Counted from the stretch's first letter, positions 39,450-50,766 are shown. The stretch is DNA of 64,000 nucleotides from Limnothrix sp. BL-A-16 (GCA_041937175.2 CP166615.1:1376001-1440000); one strand, 5' to 3'. Translations and numbers: made by a program. Notes: generated from the sequence alone by a model not told the origin.

Positions 39450-41246
39450 ATGCGTCTGTCCCAAGCCCTGTTCGTCACCCTTCGTGAAGACCCCGCCGAA
39501 GCCGTTGTCACCAGCCACAAGCTGTTGCTACGCGCGGGCTACATCCGCCAAATCGGGAGCGGTATCTATGCCTATTTGCCCCTGATGTGGCGGGTGTTGC
39601 AGAAGGTGTCGCAAATCGTGCGACAGGAAATGGACGCGACGGGCGCGCAGGAATGCCTGCTGCCGCAATTGCAACCGGCGGAACTGTGGCGCGAGTCGGG
39701 CCGTTGGGATGTGTATAAAGCAGAAGGAATCGCCTTCACCCTGAGCGATCGCGCCGATCGGGAGCTGATGCTCGGGCCCACCCACGAGGAAGTGATCACC
39801 ACCGTGGCCAAGGAATTAATCCGTTCCTATCGCCAACTGCCGGTGAATTTGTATCAAATTCAAACCAAATTCCGCGATGAAATTCGCCCGCGCTTTGGCC
39901 TGCTGCGGGGTCGCGAATTCATCATGAAGGATGCCTATTCCTTCCACACCTCGCCCGAAAGCCTGAAGGAAACCTACGACGCGATGGATCAGGCCTATCG
40001 GAATATGCTGCGCCGCTGTGGCCTGAAATTCCGGCCAGTGCAGGCGGATTCCGGGGCGATCGGGGGCAGTGCGTCCCAGGAATTTATGATCCTGGCGGAA
40101 ACGGGCGAAGACGAAATTTTGTTCACCGAGGACGAGCAATACGCCGCCAACGTGGAAAAAGCCGTGTCGCTGCCGGTGGATGCGGTTCCCTCGCCCTTTA
40201 CGAGTTTTGAAACCCTGGAAACGCCGGACACCAACACGATCGCCCGGTTGTGCGAGGTGCTGAAGTGCGACCCAACCCAGGTGGTGAAGAACGTGCTCTA
40301 CGAAGCCTTGCTGGATAACGGCAAGCGGGTGCTGGTGTTGATTAGCATTCGGGGCGATCGGGATGTGAACGAGGTGAAGTTGTTCAACGCGATTACCCAA
40401 CGGGCCCCGAACTACGGCGGCTCGAAGGTGTTGGCCCTGAAAGTACCCGACGCGGCGGCCCAAGCGGCTTGGACGGCCAAACCCTTGCCCCTGGGTTATA
40501 TTGCACCGGACTTGAGCGACGACCACATCGCAACGGCCAAGGACACGGCTCCCCAATTCCTGCGGCTGGTGGATCCGAGTGCCAGCCAGCTCCAGAACTT
40601 CGTGACCGGTGCGAACCAAGCGGGCTATCACGTCGTGGGTGCAAACTGGGGAACTCAATACCAACTACCGGAAGTGGTGGAACTGGATGTGGCCCGGCCG
40701 GGCGATCGCGCGGTGCATGACCCCTCGCAAACCCTGCAATCGGCGCGGGGCATCGAAGCCGGTCACATTTTCCAATTGGGGCTGAAATATTCCCAGGCCA
40801 TGAGCGCAGCTTTCACGACGGAATCCGGCGAAAGCCAGCCCTTTTGGATGGGCTGCTATGGCGTGGGGGTGTCGCGGATTGCCCAAGCGGCGGTGGAACA
40901 GTCCCACGACAAAAACGGCATCATTTGGCCCGTAGCGATCGCCCCGTACCAGGCGATCGTGACCGTGCCGAACATTGCCGACGAGAACCAAATGGCGATC
41001 GCCCAGCAGCTCTACACCGACCTAAACGCGGCGGGCATCGAAACAATCCTGGACGATCGCGAAGAGCGGGCCGGCGTGAAGTTCAAGGATGCGGATTTGA
41101 TCGGGATTCCGTTCCGGGTGGTGACGGGCCGGGCGATCGCCCAAGGCAAGGTGGAACTCGTAACCCGCGCCACGGGAACGGCGGAAGAAGTGGCGATCGC
41201 TGAGTTGGTCAGCACGCTGCAAACCAAGATTGCCGAAGCCCTGTGA
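39450..41246 (+). CDS. proS: Proline--tRNA ligase
   Basis: [66 protein letters not shown]. Confidence 0.97.
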   Translation: MRLSQALFVTLREDPAEAVVTSHKLLLRAGYIRQIGSGIYAYLPLMWRVLQKVSQIVRQEMDATGAQECLLPQLQPAELWRESGRWDVYKAEGIAFTLSDRADRELMLGPTHEEVITTVAKELIRSYRQLPVNLYQIQTKFRDEIRPRFGLLRGREFIMKDAYSFHTSPESLKETYDAMDQAYRNMLRRCGLKFRPVQADSGAIGGSASQEFMILAETGEDEILFTEDEQYAANVEKAVSLPVDAVPSPFTSFETLETPDTNTIARLCEVLKCDPTQVVKNVLYEALLDNGKRVLVLISIRGDRDVNEVKLFNAITQRAPNYGGSKVLALKVPDAAAQAAWTAKPLPLGYIAPDLSDDHIATAKDTAPQFLRLVDPSASQLQNFVTGANQAGYHVVGANWGTQYQLPEVVELDVARPGDRAVHDPSQTLQSARGIEAGHIFQLGLKYSQAMSAAFTTESGESQPFWMGCYGVGVSRIAQAAVEQSHDKNGIIWPVAIAPYQAIVTVPNIADENQMAIAQQLYTDLNAAGIETILDDREERAGVKFKDADLIGIPFRVVTGRAIAQGKVELVTRATGTAEEVAIAELVSTLQTKIAEAL

Positions 41247-41341
41247 CGATCGCTTGAACTCCACCACGGCGCATGACGCGTTTTGCCTGCAACCAGACCT
41301 AGGCAAAACGCCTTGAGGCTGGGGAGGATGTCAACAAGTAC

Positions 41342-41761
41342 CTACGGGGACTGGGGCGGTTGATTCAGACCGCATCGGAGTAATTCGATACGGAGTCCCT
41401 GGAACTCGGGCGGCAGAGAATTGGTTTGCTGCCATTGATTTAAGACCGCAGCATTCGATCGACCAAAGGTGGCGATCCGAGCAAAATCCTCCGGCGTGGG
41501 TAATTGGGATAAGCGCTCTTCGCCCAAGTCGCCCACTAAAATGACCCGCTCAATAACCATGGCTTTCTGTTGATGAGCTTGGTAGCGATCGCGGTAGGCT
41601 GCGGTTGTGAGTTGCCACTGATTGGGAGCACAAAAGGCACGATCGACCACGATTGCCACTCGCGCGGGGGGGAAGATCCAGGCGATCGCCCCACCCACTA
41701 AGCCAAAGCTGCCGACTCCTACTGCGATCGTTCTCAAAAATGCCCAGTCGATCGATTTCAT
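41342..41761 (-). CDS. Small membrane-anchored hypothetical protein
   Basis: N-terminal TM helix; VAIVVDRAFC strand; co-oriented downstream of the vWA gene. Confidence 0.65.
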   Translation of the reverse strand: MKSIDWAFLRTIAVGVGSFGLVGGAIAWIFPPARVAIVVDRAFCAPNQWQLTTAAYRDRYQAHQQKAMVIERVILVGDLGEERLSQLPTPEDFARIATFGRSNAAVLNQWQQTNSLPPEFQGLRIELLRCGLNQPPQSP

Positions 41762-41841
41762 GTGACCTGTTCTTCCATTCAGCCGAGAGAGCCGACCTAT
41801 TGGTCAAGATATGACCTGATCAATCCTGATTACTGACACCA

Positions 41842-43614
41842 TTAGAGATTGGTTTCAAAGAGGCCTTTGAGAAGGTCACGAACCGTTTTTGGATCGCCCG
41901 TTTGCACACTAGATTCTCGCAGAGCGGCGATCGCTTCTAATTGGTTTTTATCCACCTCTCCATAGGCGATCGGATAAACCCGAATGCCGCTTTGAGCAAT
42001 GATGCTTTGCACGTCCGGCAAACTAAATCCCGTATTGGAATCCCCATCGCTTAAGACAATCACGTAAAAACGACCATTCGGATCGGCTTTCTTTTTCGCT
42101 ACTAATTCGTTGAGCGCCACCATTAAACCGTCGTACATGGCAGTGCCACCATCGGCGCGCAGACTCTCAATGGCTGCCAAAAACTTTTGATGTTGCAGGC
42201 GATCGAACGATGCCAAGGCCAGCCGCCGCACCACCTGATCGCTAAAGGTGACTAGCCCCACTTGGTTACCCGAATTAATTTGGGTGGTGGCGGCTTTTAG
42301 TCCCTCTTGAACCGCTTTGATGGGTTCACCATCCATAGAGCCGCTGGTATCGACCACGGTCATCAGATAGACCGTTTTACCCACATCTTTGCCCCGTTTC
42401 CATTGGGCTTGGATGGCTTTTAGAATCTTGCCCGAAGGGTTGACTGGGGGGAATTTACCGGCTTTGGTATAGTCCGTTTCTACAAAGCCTGCATCTGTGG
42501 CTAGCTTCTGCATTTCAGGCGATCGGGCAAATTCCGCAAAGGCCTTAAGGGCTGCTTTTTGGTCAGGGGTTGTCCAAGCGAAACTGACCAAGGGATTGGT
42601 GTGGGGCAAGCCGAGGGGCACAAATTTGGTTTGCTCAAACCCCGGCATTTTTTGAATGGTTTGATAGTTTTGATATTCCAGTGGAAAAGCTTGCAGGGTC
42701 GATTTATCCCGCAAGAAAATATCTTGAAGTTCCGGTGAAGTATTGGTGGCAATCAGCACTTGTTTTTGGAACTGCTCAAAGACCGAAGCCACCTGTTGGG
42801 ATTGGATATCTTGTTCGGTTAGCAATCCCCCCGCTTGATCGCGACCCGCTGCTCGCCAAAACAGCGCATACATCAAGTTCAACGCTGTGGAACTGCGGTA
42901 AGGATTGGGATAGCCGATCGTGATTTTGCCAGCCGCGATCGCATTCAAAATGCGATCGAACGTAACCGGGCCAGCAGCCGCTAATTGTTGATAAACCTCA
43001 CCGCGCAACACAAAACCGATCGAGTTGGGCAAGAGGCGATCGGCCACAGGCTCAAACGCCACGCCGCTCTCTTGGAGCAGTGCTAACCACAGATTGTTAG
43101 AAGGCGAATAGGCCGCTGGTTTGGCTTGGCCCGCTGCCAGCAAGCGCATTCCCGCCCCAGAGTCAATGCGGCGCACCCCCAAGCGCACGGGCTTGCCCCC
43201 GATCGCCACATTTTTTTGATTGAATGCTTCCGCCACATCCACAAGCCAACGGCTATCGGTGCGTTCCGCATTGGACTTTTCAGTGGAGCCAAAAATCTCC
43301 ACATAAATTTCGGAGTTGCCCGTGGGTTTGGCTGCAAAAACTGGAAAATCCGCCAAATCCGGCAGCGGGTCAGCAATGCCTTCGATCGAGTAACGAGCTG
43401 CCGCTGCGTCGCTCACCAATTCATCCTGAACGGTGATTTTAGGCATCACCTGACTGTTCAGAATATTCACCGCTTCATCAAAGCTTTTGGCTTCCGAAAT
43501 ACCACCGCCCAAACAGGCCGTTAAAACCGTGATGCAAGCACTAATTGCAAAAACGATTGCCCATACTTGTCGCTTGAATTTTCGCTTGGGTAGTCGGCGG
43601 TGTTTGAACAGCAT
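41842..43614 (-). CDS. Lipoprotein: solute-binding-like domain fused to a C-terminal vWA domain
   Basis: Lipobox LTAC; NPYRSSTALN; MIDAS VVDTSGSM, GGTAMYDG, VLSDG. Confidence 0.85.
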   Translation of the reverse strand: MLFKHRRLPKRKFKRQVWAIVFAISACITVLTACLGGGISEAKSFDEAVNILNSQVMPKITVQDELVSDAAAARYSIEGIADPLPDLADFPVFAAKPTGNSEIYVEIFGSTEKSNAERTDSRWLVDVAEAFNQKNVAIGGKPVRLGVRRIDSGAGMRLLAAGQAKPAAYSPSNNLWLALLQESGVAFEPVADRLLPNSIGFVLRGEVYQQLAAAGPVTFDRILNAIAAGKITIGYPNPYRSSTALNLMYALFWRAAGRDQAGGLLTEQDIQSQQVASVFEQFQKQVLIATNTSPELQDIFLRDKSTLQAFPLEYQNYQTIQKMPGFEQTKFVPLGLPHTNPLVSFAWTTPDQKAALKAFAEFARSPEMQKLATDAGFVETDYTKAGKFPPVNPSGKILKAIQAQWKRGKDVGKTVYLMTVVDTSGSMDGEPIKAVQEGLKAATTQINSGNQVGLVTFSDQVVRRLALASFDRLQHQKFLAAIESLRADGGTAMYDGLMVALNELVAKKKADPNGRFYVIVLSDGDSNTGFSLPDVQSIIAQSGIRVYPIAYGEVDKNQLEAIAALRESSVQTGDPKTVRDLLKGLFETNL

Positions 43615-43670
43615 CGGCTTGCCTCAACAATCCTAAAGTCGATGTCCCAATCAGTTGCAATTCATCTCAA

Positions 43671-44360
43671 TCATGAGCTGGATTGTCGTTGAAGCGCTGC
43701 TCGATTGTCCTCAACAATCAGGCTCAAGCGGGCCGGCAAGGACGATCGCCCTTCTTGGGTGACAATTTCCCCCAAGACCAGGCTATCCCGCAATTCAGTC
43801 ATGGCCGTGCAGGCTGCTTTTAAACGACCGATCGCCTCCTGTTGCTGGCTGCGTGCCCGATCGCGGTAGGCGGCCGTTTGCACCGTTTCGATCGCGGCAG
43901 TGGCTTTCATGGCCTGCTCGGCTAGCCCCAACCCCGTGACGATCGCCTCGTATAGATCCGGCACCAAGGACGAATCCCGCTGGGCGATGTCCGTCGCTGC
44001 CGCCCGCAGCGATTGCATTTCCTGCACCACCGTTGTCCAAAGGCGCTGGGCTGTGGCTGACTGACCGGCTAGAGATTCCAGGGCCACAAGTTGGTGATTT
44101 AGCCCCGCCGCATCCAGCAAGTCCTCACTGGCTTTCGGGATCGGCAGCCGCCGCACTTCCAGCACCCACCAGCCCAGCATGATCAGCGTGGCGATCGAAC
44201 CACCCAGCCACACCACCGGCCGCAACCCCAGCCACAACAACAAACCCGCCCAACCACCTGCGGTCAGGCCAAGCAACCCATAGGTCTGGGGCAGCGATCG
44301 CAAGGTAGGTTGAGACGGGTGAGGCGGTAACTGATTGGGGGCGATCGGCATAAGCAGCAA
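43671..44360 (-). CDS. Hypothetical membrane protein (2 TM + helical/coiled-coil domain)
   Basis: Two hydrophobic segments then an Ala/Gln/Glu-rich helical region; first gene of a 3-gene unit. Confidence 0.65.
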   Translation of the reverse strand: MLLMPIAPNQLPPHPSQPTLRSLPQTYGLLGLTAGGWAGLLLWLGLRPVVWLGGSIATLIMLGWWVLEVRRLPIPKASEDLLDAAGLNHQLVALESLAGQSATAQRLWTTVVQEMQSLRAAATDIAQRDSSLVPDLYEAIVTGLGLAEQAMKATAAIETVQTAAYRDRARSQQQEAIGRLKAACTAMTELRDSLVLGEIVTQEGRSSLPARLSLIVEDNRAALQRQSSS

Positions 44361-44440
44361 GGGGATTGCGAGGATCGCAGAACTTGCTACCCAGGCTAAC
44401 CGATCCAGATTGTGTTGGGGTTAACGGCGCGATCGCCCCG

Positions 44441-45556
44441 TTAGCCCACCGCTTCCGGGCGGCGATCGTACATCTTCTGGTAATAGGTTTGGTAATCGGC
44501 CGAGAGCAGCGGTTCCCACCAACTGCGGTTCGTGAGATACCAAGTGACGGTGCGGCGCAGGCCCTCTTCAACAGTTACTGACGGTTCCCAACCCAACTCG
44601 GTGCGGATTTTTTCGGCATTGATCGCATAGCGGCGATCGTGGCCGGGGCGATCGGTCACGAAGGTAATCAGGCTGCTGCTTGGTTGGGTGGGCAAGCTCC
44701 AGCCATGCTGCGGGGCCAGCTCATCCATCAACTCGCACAGCAACTTCACCAAGTCCAAATTCCGCACCTCGTTGTTGCCACCAATGTTGTAGGCTTCGCC
44801 CGGTTGGCCCTTGTGGATCGCCACATCGATCCCGCCGCAGTGATCTTCCACATAGAGCCAATCGCGGATGTTTTGCCCATCGCCATAGACCGGCAGCGGC
44901 TTGCCCAGCAGGATGTTGATGCACATCAGCGGGATCAGCTTTTCCGGGAAATGGTAGGGGCCGTAATTGTTGGAGCAGTTGGTGATGATCGTGGGCATTC
45001 CGTAGGTGTGGAAGTAGGCGCGGGCCAGGTGGTCGCTGCCGGCCTTGGAGGCGGAATAGGGGCTATTGGGTGCGTAGGGTGTGGTTTCGCTGAAGGCGGG
45101 ATCGTCCTCGCCCAAGGAGCCGTAGACCTCATCGGTGGAAACGTGCAAAAAGCGCCAATCGGCCGGTTTGCCCGCCGCCAGCCAATGTTGGCGGAAGGCT
45201 TCCAGCAGGGTGAACGTGCCGACCACGTTGGTTTGCACGAAGGCTCCGGGGCCGAGGATTGATCGATCGACGTGGGATTCGGCGGCGAAGTGGGCGATCG
45301 TGTCGATTTGTTCTTCGCTCAGCAGCCGATCGATCAAGGCGCGATCGGTAATATCACCCTGCACAAACCGCAGGCGATCGGCTGCTTCCAGATCGGCCAA
45401 GGTGGCCCGGTTGCCCGCGTAGGTGAGGGCATCGAGCACCACCACCCGATCGCCCGGATAGCGATCGCACCAGTGGTGCACAAAGTTGGAACCAATGAAG
45501 CCCGCACCACCCGTGATGATGATGCGGCGAGGGGAACGGGCGATCGAGTCAGTCAT
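44441..45556 (-). CDS. rfbB: dTDP-glucose 4,6-dehydratase
   Basis: [55 protein letters not shown]. Confidence 0.95.
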   Translation of the reverse strand: MTDSIARSPRRIIITGGAGFIGSNFVHHWCDRYPGDRVVVLDALTYAGNRATLADLEAADRLRFVQGDITDRALIDRLLSEEQIDTIAHFAAESHVDRSILGPGAFVQTNVVGTFTLLEAFRQHWLAAGKPADWRFLHVSTDEVYGSLGEDDPAFSETTPYAPNSPYSASKAGSDHLARAYFHTYGMPTIITNCSNNYGPYHFPEKLIPLMCINILLGKPLPVYGDGQNIRDWLYVEDHCGGIDVAIHKGQPGEAYNIGGNNEVRNLDLVKLLCELMDELAPQHGWSLPTQPSSSLITFVTDRPGHDRRYAINAEKIRTELGWEPSVTVEEGLRRTVTWYLTNRSWWEPLLSADYQTYYQKMYDRRPEAVG

Positions 45557-45628
45557 GGTGGGTGAATTCAGGTCAGGGGTCGCATGTCGAGATCAACAAA
45601 CAAAACCTACCAGACCCCAGAGCATTCC

Positions 45629-46333
45629 CTAAGCGCCGGTGCCGCGCATGGCGGGCACGTCGATTTCCTTGAGGCAGGTGGCCCGCGACAGAGACAGCAC
45701 GCAATCCAGAATGTTCAGCAAGTCTGACAAGGGAATCGCCGCCCCTCCATCAAGTTGCGCTGCTGCTAAGTCGGCCAAAACTTCCGGCGTGCCCACATTG
45801 CCGGGATTGATGATGGTGGCGGCAATTTGTTGCGATCGCAGCTCCTCACGCAGGGCATGCACCACGCCCCGCAGCCCAAACTTGGAGGCGCTGTTGGCCA
45901 CTTCGCGCCCCGGGAAGTTATCGCGGCCCGACAGCGCCCCCATCAAGACAATCTTGGGATTGGGCGATCGCCGCAGGGCCGGCAGCAAGCGCTGAATCAG
46001 CCGAATCGGCGCCAACAGATTCACCGCGATCACCCGCTCCAGATCCGCATCGCTACAGGTTTCAAAGTTGTAGCGACTGGTGAAGGCATCGGTTTCCCAA
46101 GTACCGCCCATGTATAGCAGGGCATCCAGGCGATCGGAGCCGATCGCCTCGACCACAGCAGCAACGCCCTCGGACGTGGCTAAGTCCGCCGTCACCCATT
46201 CCCCCACCGGGGCCGGCGTACGGGAAACGGCCACTAGGCGATCAGTTCGGGATTGCAAGTGCTCGGCCACAGCCAAACCGATGCCGCGACTGGCCCCCGC
46301 CACCAAAAGGGTTTGAAATGCCCGATCAGCCAT
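45629..46333 (-). CDS. Short-chain dehydrogenase/reductase (atypical: NSASK in place of YxxxK)
   Basis: AGASRGIG Rossmann motif, VNLLAP, ASKFGLRG, INPGNV. Confidence 0.85.
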   Translation of the reverse strand: MADRAFQTLLVAGASRGIGLAVAEHLQSRTDRLVAVSRTPAPVGEWVTADLATSEGVAAVVEAIGSDRLDALLYMGGTWETDAFTSRYNFETCSDADLERVIAVNLLAPIRLIQRLLPALRRSPNPKIVLMGALSGRDNFPGREVANSASKFGLRGVVHALREELRSQQIAATIINPGNVGTPEVLADLAAAQLDGGAAIPLSDLLNILDCVLSLSRATCLKEIDVPAMRGTGA

Positions 46334-46440
46334 CAAACTACCTCCCTGCTTTGTAGACTCCGCTTCAATGGTGTCATGCCCAATCGGGCGTGAGCTGCGG
46401 TCAGCCTCACTGCTGAATGGGTGCTTTGGCTAGGACTTGG

Positions 46441-47478
46441 CTAGTTGCTGTCGCCGCGATCGAGCAGTGCTTTCAAGGCCCGTTTCATTTCATCCCGGCT
46501 GGTGGTGGCCGTGCCAATGTGACGCACCACCAGGCTGGCGGCCAGGTTGCCCAGCACCGCCGCTTCCCAAGGCGTGGCCCCCAGCACATAGCCCAAGGTC
46601 AGGGCCGCCACCACCGTGTCGCCTGCGCCGGTCACGTCAAACACCTCCGCCCGGTTGAAGGCGGGAATGTGGAAAATGTCGCCCGATCGCCCAAACAGGC
46701 TCATCCCCGACTCGCCACAGGTGATCAACACATATTCCGCGTCGGTTTTGGCCAGCAGCGTGGCCCCCGCCTTCAGCAAGCTGGCCTCGTCGGTGATGCC
46801 AAAGCCCGCTTCCCGTTCCGCTTCCGGCAGGTTGGGCGTAAACCAAGTGGCTCCCCGGTAGCGGGTCAGATCCTTTTGGGCATCCACAATCACCGGCTGG
46901 CCGGTCAGGGCCGCTTGGATCACGCCGCTGGAGCAGACCCCATCGCCATAGTCGGAGCAGACCACTGCCTGGGCCTTGGGGGCACGATCGGCCACAAACT
47001 CAGCCAGGCGATCGCAGTCGGCCGCCGTGGGGGGATCGTCGGACTTGCGATCGAACCGGACAATTTGTTGGGTCACGGACTGGCGCGAGTGGGCCGAAAT
47101 TCGGGTTTTGGTGACCGTGGGCCGCTCCTGCTCAATGAGCGCCCCCGTGGTGTCAATGCCCGCCGCCTCAAAGATTTGACGCATGGCCAGCCCCTGCACA
47201 TCGTCCCCCAAAAAGCCAGCAACCTGGACGTTTGCCCCGAGCTTCGCTAGGTTATAGACCGCATTGGCCCCGCCGCCGGGCACTTGGCGCGTTCGTTCGT
47301 GGCGGATGATCGGCACTGGTGCTTCTCGGGAGATTCGTTCCACATATCCCGTCAGAAACTCGTCCAAGGTCAGATCGCCCACCACCAACACCTGCGCTTC
47401 CCCGAAGCGATCGATCAGGGTTAAGAGCCGATCGGTCGATCGGCGCAACAACGGCATGAAGTCTGGATCAAAAGTCAT
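46441..47478 (-). CDS. PfkB-family sugar kinase, heptose-7-phosphate kinase domain (RfaE/HldE domain I-like)
   Basis: VVGDLTLDE, RISREAPVP, PGGGANA, SDYG.G, TPNLPEA, DVTGAGDTV. Confidence 0.85.
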   Translation of the reverse strand: MTFDPDFMPLLRRSTDRLLTLIDRFGEAQVLVVGDLTLDEFLTGYVERISREAPVPIIRHERTRQVPGGGANAVYNLAKLGANVQVAGFLGDDVQGLAMRQIFEAAGIDTTGALIEQERPTVTKTRISAHSRQSVTQQIVRFDRKSDDPPTAADCDRLAEFVADRAPKAQAVVCSDYGDGVCSSGVIQAALTGQPVIVDAQKDLTRYRGATWFTPNLPEAEREAGFGITDEASLLKAGATLLAKTDAEYVLITCGESGMSLFGRSGDIFHIPAFNRAEVFDVTGAGDTVVAALTLGYVLGATPWEAAVLGNLAASLVVRHIGTATTSRDEMKRALKALLDRGDSN

Positions 47479-47709
47479 AGGGGGTAAGGTTACGATCGCA
47501 AGCATAGAATAGGCTATCAGCACATCAGGATCACTGCTGAAACCACATTCCATTCATTCAAAGACTCTGCGAGCGGTTGAGCGTGTCCGTATAGGTAATA
47601 AAAATAAAAAAGACCAATTCCTTTAACGGTTAGCCATGGTTCTTGAGTGATGAATTGCTGGTTTTCGTGAACAACCAATTCATATTTTGCCAAGGGTTGC
47701 GCAATCTAA

Positions 47710-47841
47710 GAGGATGTCTGAAAAGCCGAAATGGCTACCTTGTGGGTTGCACTAATCGACGAAGACAAGGGGCTTAAGCCCCTTGCTCCTACAGACACCA
47801 GCGCCTTTGCAAGCGGCCAAAGCCACTTCTCAGACATCCTC
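47710..47841. mobile_element. MITE (132 bp), second full copy, in opposite orientation to 9415-9545
   Basis: TIRs GAGGATGTCTGAAAAG / CTTCTCAGACATCCTC (1 mismatch), 3-bp TAA direct repeat, central palindrome. Confidence 0.8.
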
Positions 47842-48102
47842 TAAGACAAAACTCTGATTAGATCCAAATTCTTCAAAATTCATCAACTTCAGGAAACGAG
47901 TTCTTGCGATCAAGACTTGACTGAATTGAAGCATCAATCATCATTAAATTTCTTGTGATGATTGATTGTGAATAATCAAAATCGTGCTTGTCAACTGTGC
48001 TAAATTTTGAAAATTTTGATAAGCTTTGGGTTCTGTGGCTAGCGCAATTGGCTGATTTTTTAGATCATTCAAAATGATTTCCATCTGAGGAGTATTTTAT
48101 CC

Positions 48103-48603
48103 ATGTCTTTCACCCTGATTCATCGCCTTGGTCAATCCCTCTCTGCTGGGCGATTAGTGGCCGCTTCTGCGGTGCTGTCCTTAGCTTTGGTGGGTTGCGG
48201 CGAAAGCAAAGTTGCCCAATGCAACAAGCTGATTGCCGTTGTGAACAAAGGTCAGCAGATCAGCTCCAGCATTAAGGGGATGGATGCCCCAGCGATGAAG
48301 AAACTGTCCACGGATCTGAGTGGCTTATCAACAGAAATTGGGGCTGTGGAAGTAGCCGATGAGACCCTGAAGGGTTTTCAGGGACGGTTTGTCAAAATCT
48401 ATTCAGACTTGAGCACCGCTTCGAGCAAGGTGGGCGGCGCACTGGAGGAAATGGAAAAGACGAAAAAGCCGAGTCCTGAAAGCTTGAAGCGGCTGAAGCA
48501 ACTACAGGAAGATGTGACCGGGGCTAGCAAGATGGGAGAAACGGCGGCGAAGGACGAAAGCGCCCTGGTCAAGGAAGTGAATACCTACTGTGCCGGTAAG
48601 TAG
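48103..48603 (+). CDS. Helical lipoprotein of unknown function
   Basis: GAGGAG RBS; lipobox LVGC; Cys near both ends (AQCNK, TYCAGK). Confidence 0.75.
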   Translation: MSFTLIHRLGQSLSAGRLVAASAVLSLALVGCGESKVAQCNKLIAVVNKGQQISSSIKGMDAPAMKKLSTDLSGLSTEIGAVEVADETLKGFQGRFVKIYSDLSTASSKVGGALEEMEKTKKPSPESLKRLKQLQEDVTGASKMGETAAKDESALVKEVNTYCAGK

Positions 48604-48804
48604 TGTATTGGTTAGCGTGCAAGTCCATTGAATTTGAGATGAAAACTTGTTGGATGGTGGAGCAACGCTAGGGGATTGAGCTTGATTGTTGCCCCTTGCT
48701 AATGGATCGATCGTCCAACAAGATTCCTGTTCTGTGATTGTGCTGGCGATCGGGCGATCCTTGGAAATAGATTGCCCTTTTTAATGCTGGGTAGCTGAAT
48801 TTTG

Positions 48805-49365
48805 CTAAGTTCCATGGTCACCTTGCGCAGGATCTAACCCTTGCTGAGGCGTTGGAACTTTACCAGGGCTAAGCACCTGTTTGCCCATCCAACTCACCCG
48901 TTTGGGAACCATGATTCCATCCTCCGTGGTGCTCCCCGAGGAATAGGATTGAGCAAGCACCTGCACCACGATCCAAACTAGGCGATCGACGGGCGATCGA
49001 TTACGCAAGCAGCGTTCACCATCGGGACTAACCCGCACAAAGCTGCCTTCTTGAACTGGAAAAACCCAGTTATTGACTTGAAATTCCCCTTCCCCCGCCA
49101 AAAAGAGATAAATCTCTTCATTTTGCTGATGCTTGTGATAGAAAAGCAGCGACTCTTTGGGCGGAAGGCTATTAACAGAAATTTCTGCCCCGGTTAACCC
49201 TAATAAATCTTTCAGGAACAGTTTTCCAGGCGCTGGCAGCGATCGATCGCCCAGGTTGAGGGTGAAGGTGAACTGTTCGAGGTTGGCAAGCGGCCCCGCG
49301 TGGGTCACGGCAAAGTCTGGGCCGGTCTGGGCTGTGGGTTGGGTGCTGGATGAAGCGTGGTACAT
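48805..49365 (-). CDS. Cupin-domain protein
   Basis: GKLFLK..LGLTG.EISVN, HKH..NEE.Y.FL.G.GEF, VRVSP.GER. Confidence 0.85.
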   Translation of the reverse strand: MYHASSSTQPTAQTGPDFAVTHAGPLANLEQFTFTLNLGDRSLPAPGKLFLKDLLGLTGAEISVNSLPPKESLLFYHKHQQNEEIYLFLAGEGEFQVNNWVFPVQEGSFVRVSPDGERCLRNRSPVDRLVWIVVQVLAQSYSSGSTTEDGIMVPKRVSWMGKQVLSPGKVPTPQQGLDPAQGDHGT

Positions 49366-49373
49366 GGCGCTTA

Positions 49374-49435
49374 ACTTTTAAATTGCAAGTTGCAAGTCAA
49401 AATCAAACTAACAGGGTTACTTGTAAAATGCAAGG
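49374..49435. promoter_or_regulatory. Two candidate HxlR operator sites between the divergent cupin and HxlR genes
   Basis: ACTTTTAAATTGCAAGT (49374) and ACTTGTAAAATGCAAG (49419): imperfect palindromes that also repeat each other. Confidence 0.5.
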
Positions 49436-49491
49436 GAGAATTGAAAAAGTTGTAAATCCCTGAACGGGAATGAATTTTGGAGCCTTGTGCT

Positions 49492-49857
49492 ATGGCGGTT
49501 GACCACCGATCTCACTGCCCGATCGCCTGTACGCTGGATCTCCTGGGCGATCGGTGGACGCTGCTGGTCATTCGGGACATGCTGTTTTTTGGCAAGCAGC
49601 GCTTTGAGGAATTTTTGGAATCGCCTGAGGGAATTTCCACCAATATTTTGGCCAGCCGCCTGAAGTCCCTGGAAGCCCTGGGGCTAATTACCAAACAGCC
49701 CTACAGCAATCACACTCGCCGCATGAATTACCAACTCACGGAGGCGGGCGAAAGTCTGCGCCCTGTGCTGCGCTCGATCGCTCGCTGGGGCCTAAGGCAA
49801 TTTCCTGAGGCTCGTCTACCGGATGCTTTAGAGTCAAGTTCCGCTAATTCAGATTGA
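49492..49857 (+). CDS. HxlR-family winged-helix transcriptional regulator
   Basis: RSHCPIACTLDLLGDRWTLLVIRD, GISTNILASRLK, YQLTEAG. Confidence 0.9.
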   Translation: MAVDHRSHCPIACTLDLLGDRWTLLVIRDMLFFGKQRFEEFLESPEGISTNILASRLKSLEALGLITKQPYSNHTRRMNYQLTEAGESLRPVLRSIARWGLRQFPEARLPDALESSSANSD

Positions 49858-49942
49858 GCCTGTGGCTAATTCGCATCAGTCATAGGTGCTTTATAGTTTG
49901 AATCTGAATATTTTTGCAACACTATCAGGACTGAGAAACGCC

Positions 49943-50380
49943 ATGTCGCGCAAAGATCAATTTCACGAAGCCGTTAAGCATGGCTTAAATAAAGAGGGAT
50001 GGACGATTACACATGATCCATTTACAATTCAGATCAGCGAAACAATTAAGCTTAAAATTGATCTAGGAGCTGAGACAACGATTGCTGCCCAGCGAGATTG
50101 CGAAAAAATTGCAGTAGAGATTAAAAGCTTTATTTCAGACTCAGAGATCAGTGACTTTCATGCTGCATTAGGTCAATATTTGAACTACTTGCAAGCTCTA
50201 GAGGATAAGGAACCAGATCGCATTCTTTATCTAGCCGTTCCCAAAGACAATTATGAGGACTTCTTTCAAATCCCCTTCATTCAGAAATCTTTGAGAAAAT
50301 ATTCAGTTAATTTGATTGTTTATTGCCCGATTCAAGAGGTGATTGAGCAATGGATAAACTACAGCAATATCATCAAATAA
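49943..50380 (+). CDS. xisH: XisH-family protein
   Basis: KD.FH.AVK..L.KEGW.IT.DP, IDLGAE, IAVEIKSF, FH.ALGQY.NY, R.LYLAVP. Confidence 0.9.
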   Translation: MSRKDQFHEAVKHGLNKEGWTITHDPFTIQISETIKLKIDLGAETTIAAQRDCEKIAVEIKSFISDSEISDFHAALGQYLNYLQALEDKEPDRILYLAVPKDNYEDFFQIPFIQKSLRKYSVNLIVYCPIQEVIEQWINYSNIIK

Positions 50381-50685
50381 TTCAAGATTTGTTGATGGAA
50401 GAAGCCCATCCCTACTGTCAGTCTGATGACGTAGAGACGGTGATTATTTGCGACCCAGAACGGCATCACTACCAACTAACCTATATTGGCTGGGAAGGGA
50501 ATCAGCGAATTTTTAATTTGATTTTGCACCTAGACATTAAAGATGAAAAAATCTGGGTGCAACATAACGGTACTGAAATGGCGATCGGTCAGCGGCTGAT
50601 GGAGCAGGGTGTACCGGCTTCGGATATCGTGTTGGGTTTTCAATCACCCTTTCGCCGACAATTTAGCGGCTATGCGATCGCCTAA
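50350..50685 (+). CDS. xisI: XisI-family protein
   Basis: MDKL..Y, HYQL..IGW, HLDIKD.KIWVQ.NGTE, IVLGF..P..R. Confidence 0.9.
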   Translation: MDKLQQYHQIIQDLLMEEAHPYCQSDDVETVIICDPERHHYQLTYIGWEGNQRIFNLILHLDIKDEKIWVQHNGTEMAIGQRLMEQGVPASDIVLGFQSPFRRQFSGYAIA

Positions 50686-50766
50686 TCAGTTTTCGTCGGA
50701 CAGGATCAATCCTCCAATAGGCCGTAGCCGCCGCCGGGGGGGCGATCGCCTTGTTTGCTTTTTGCA

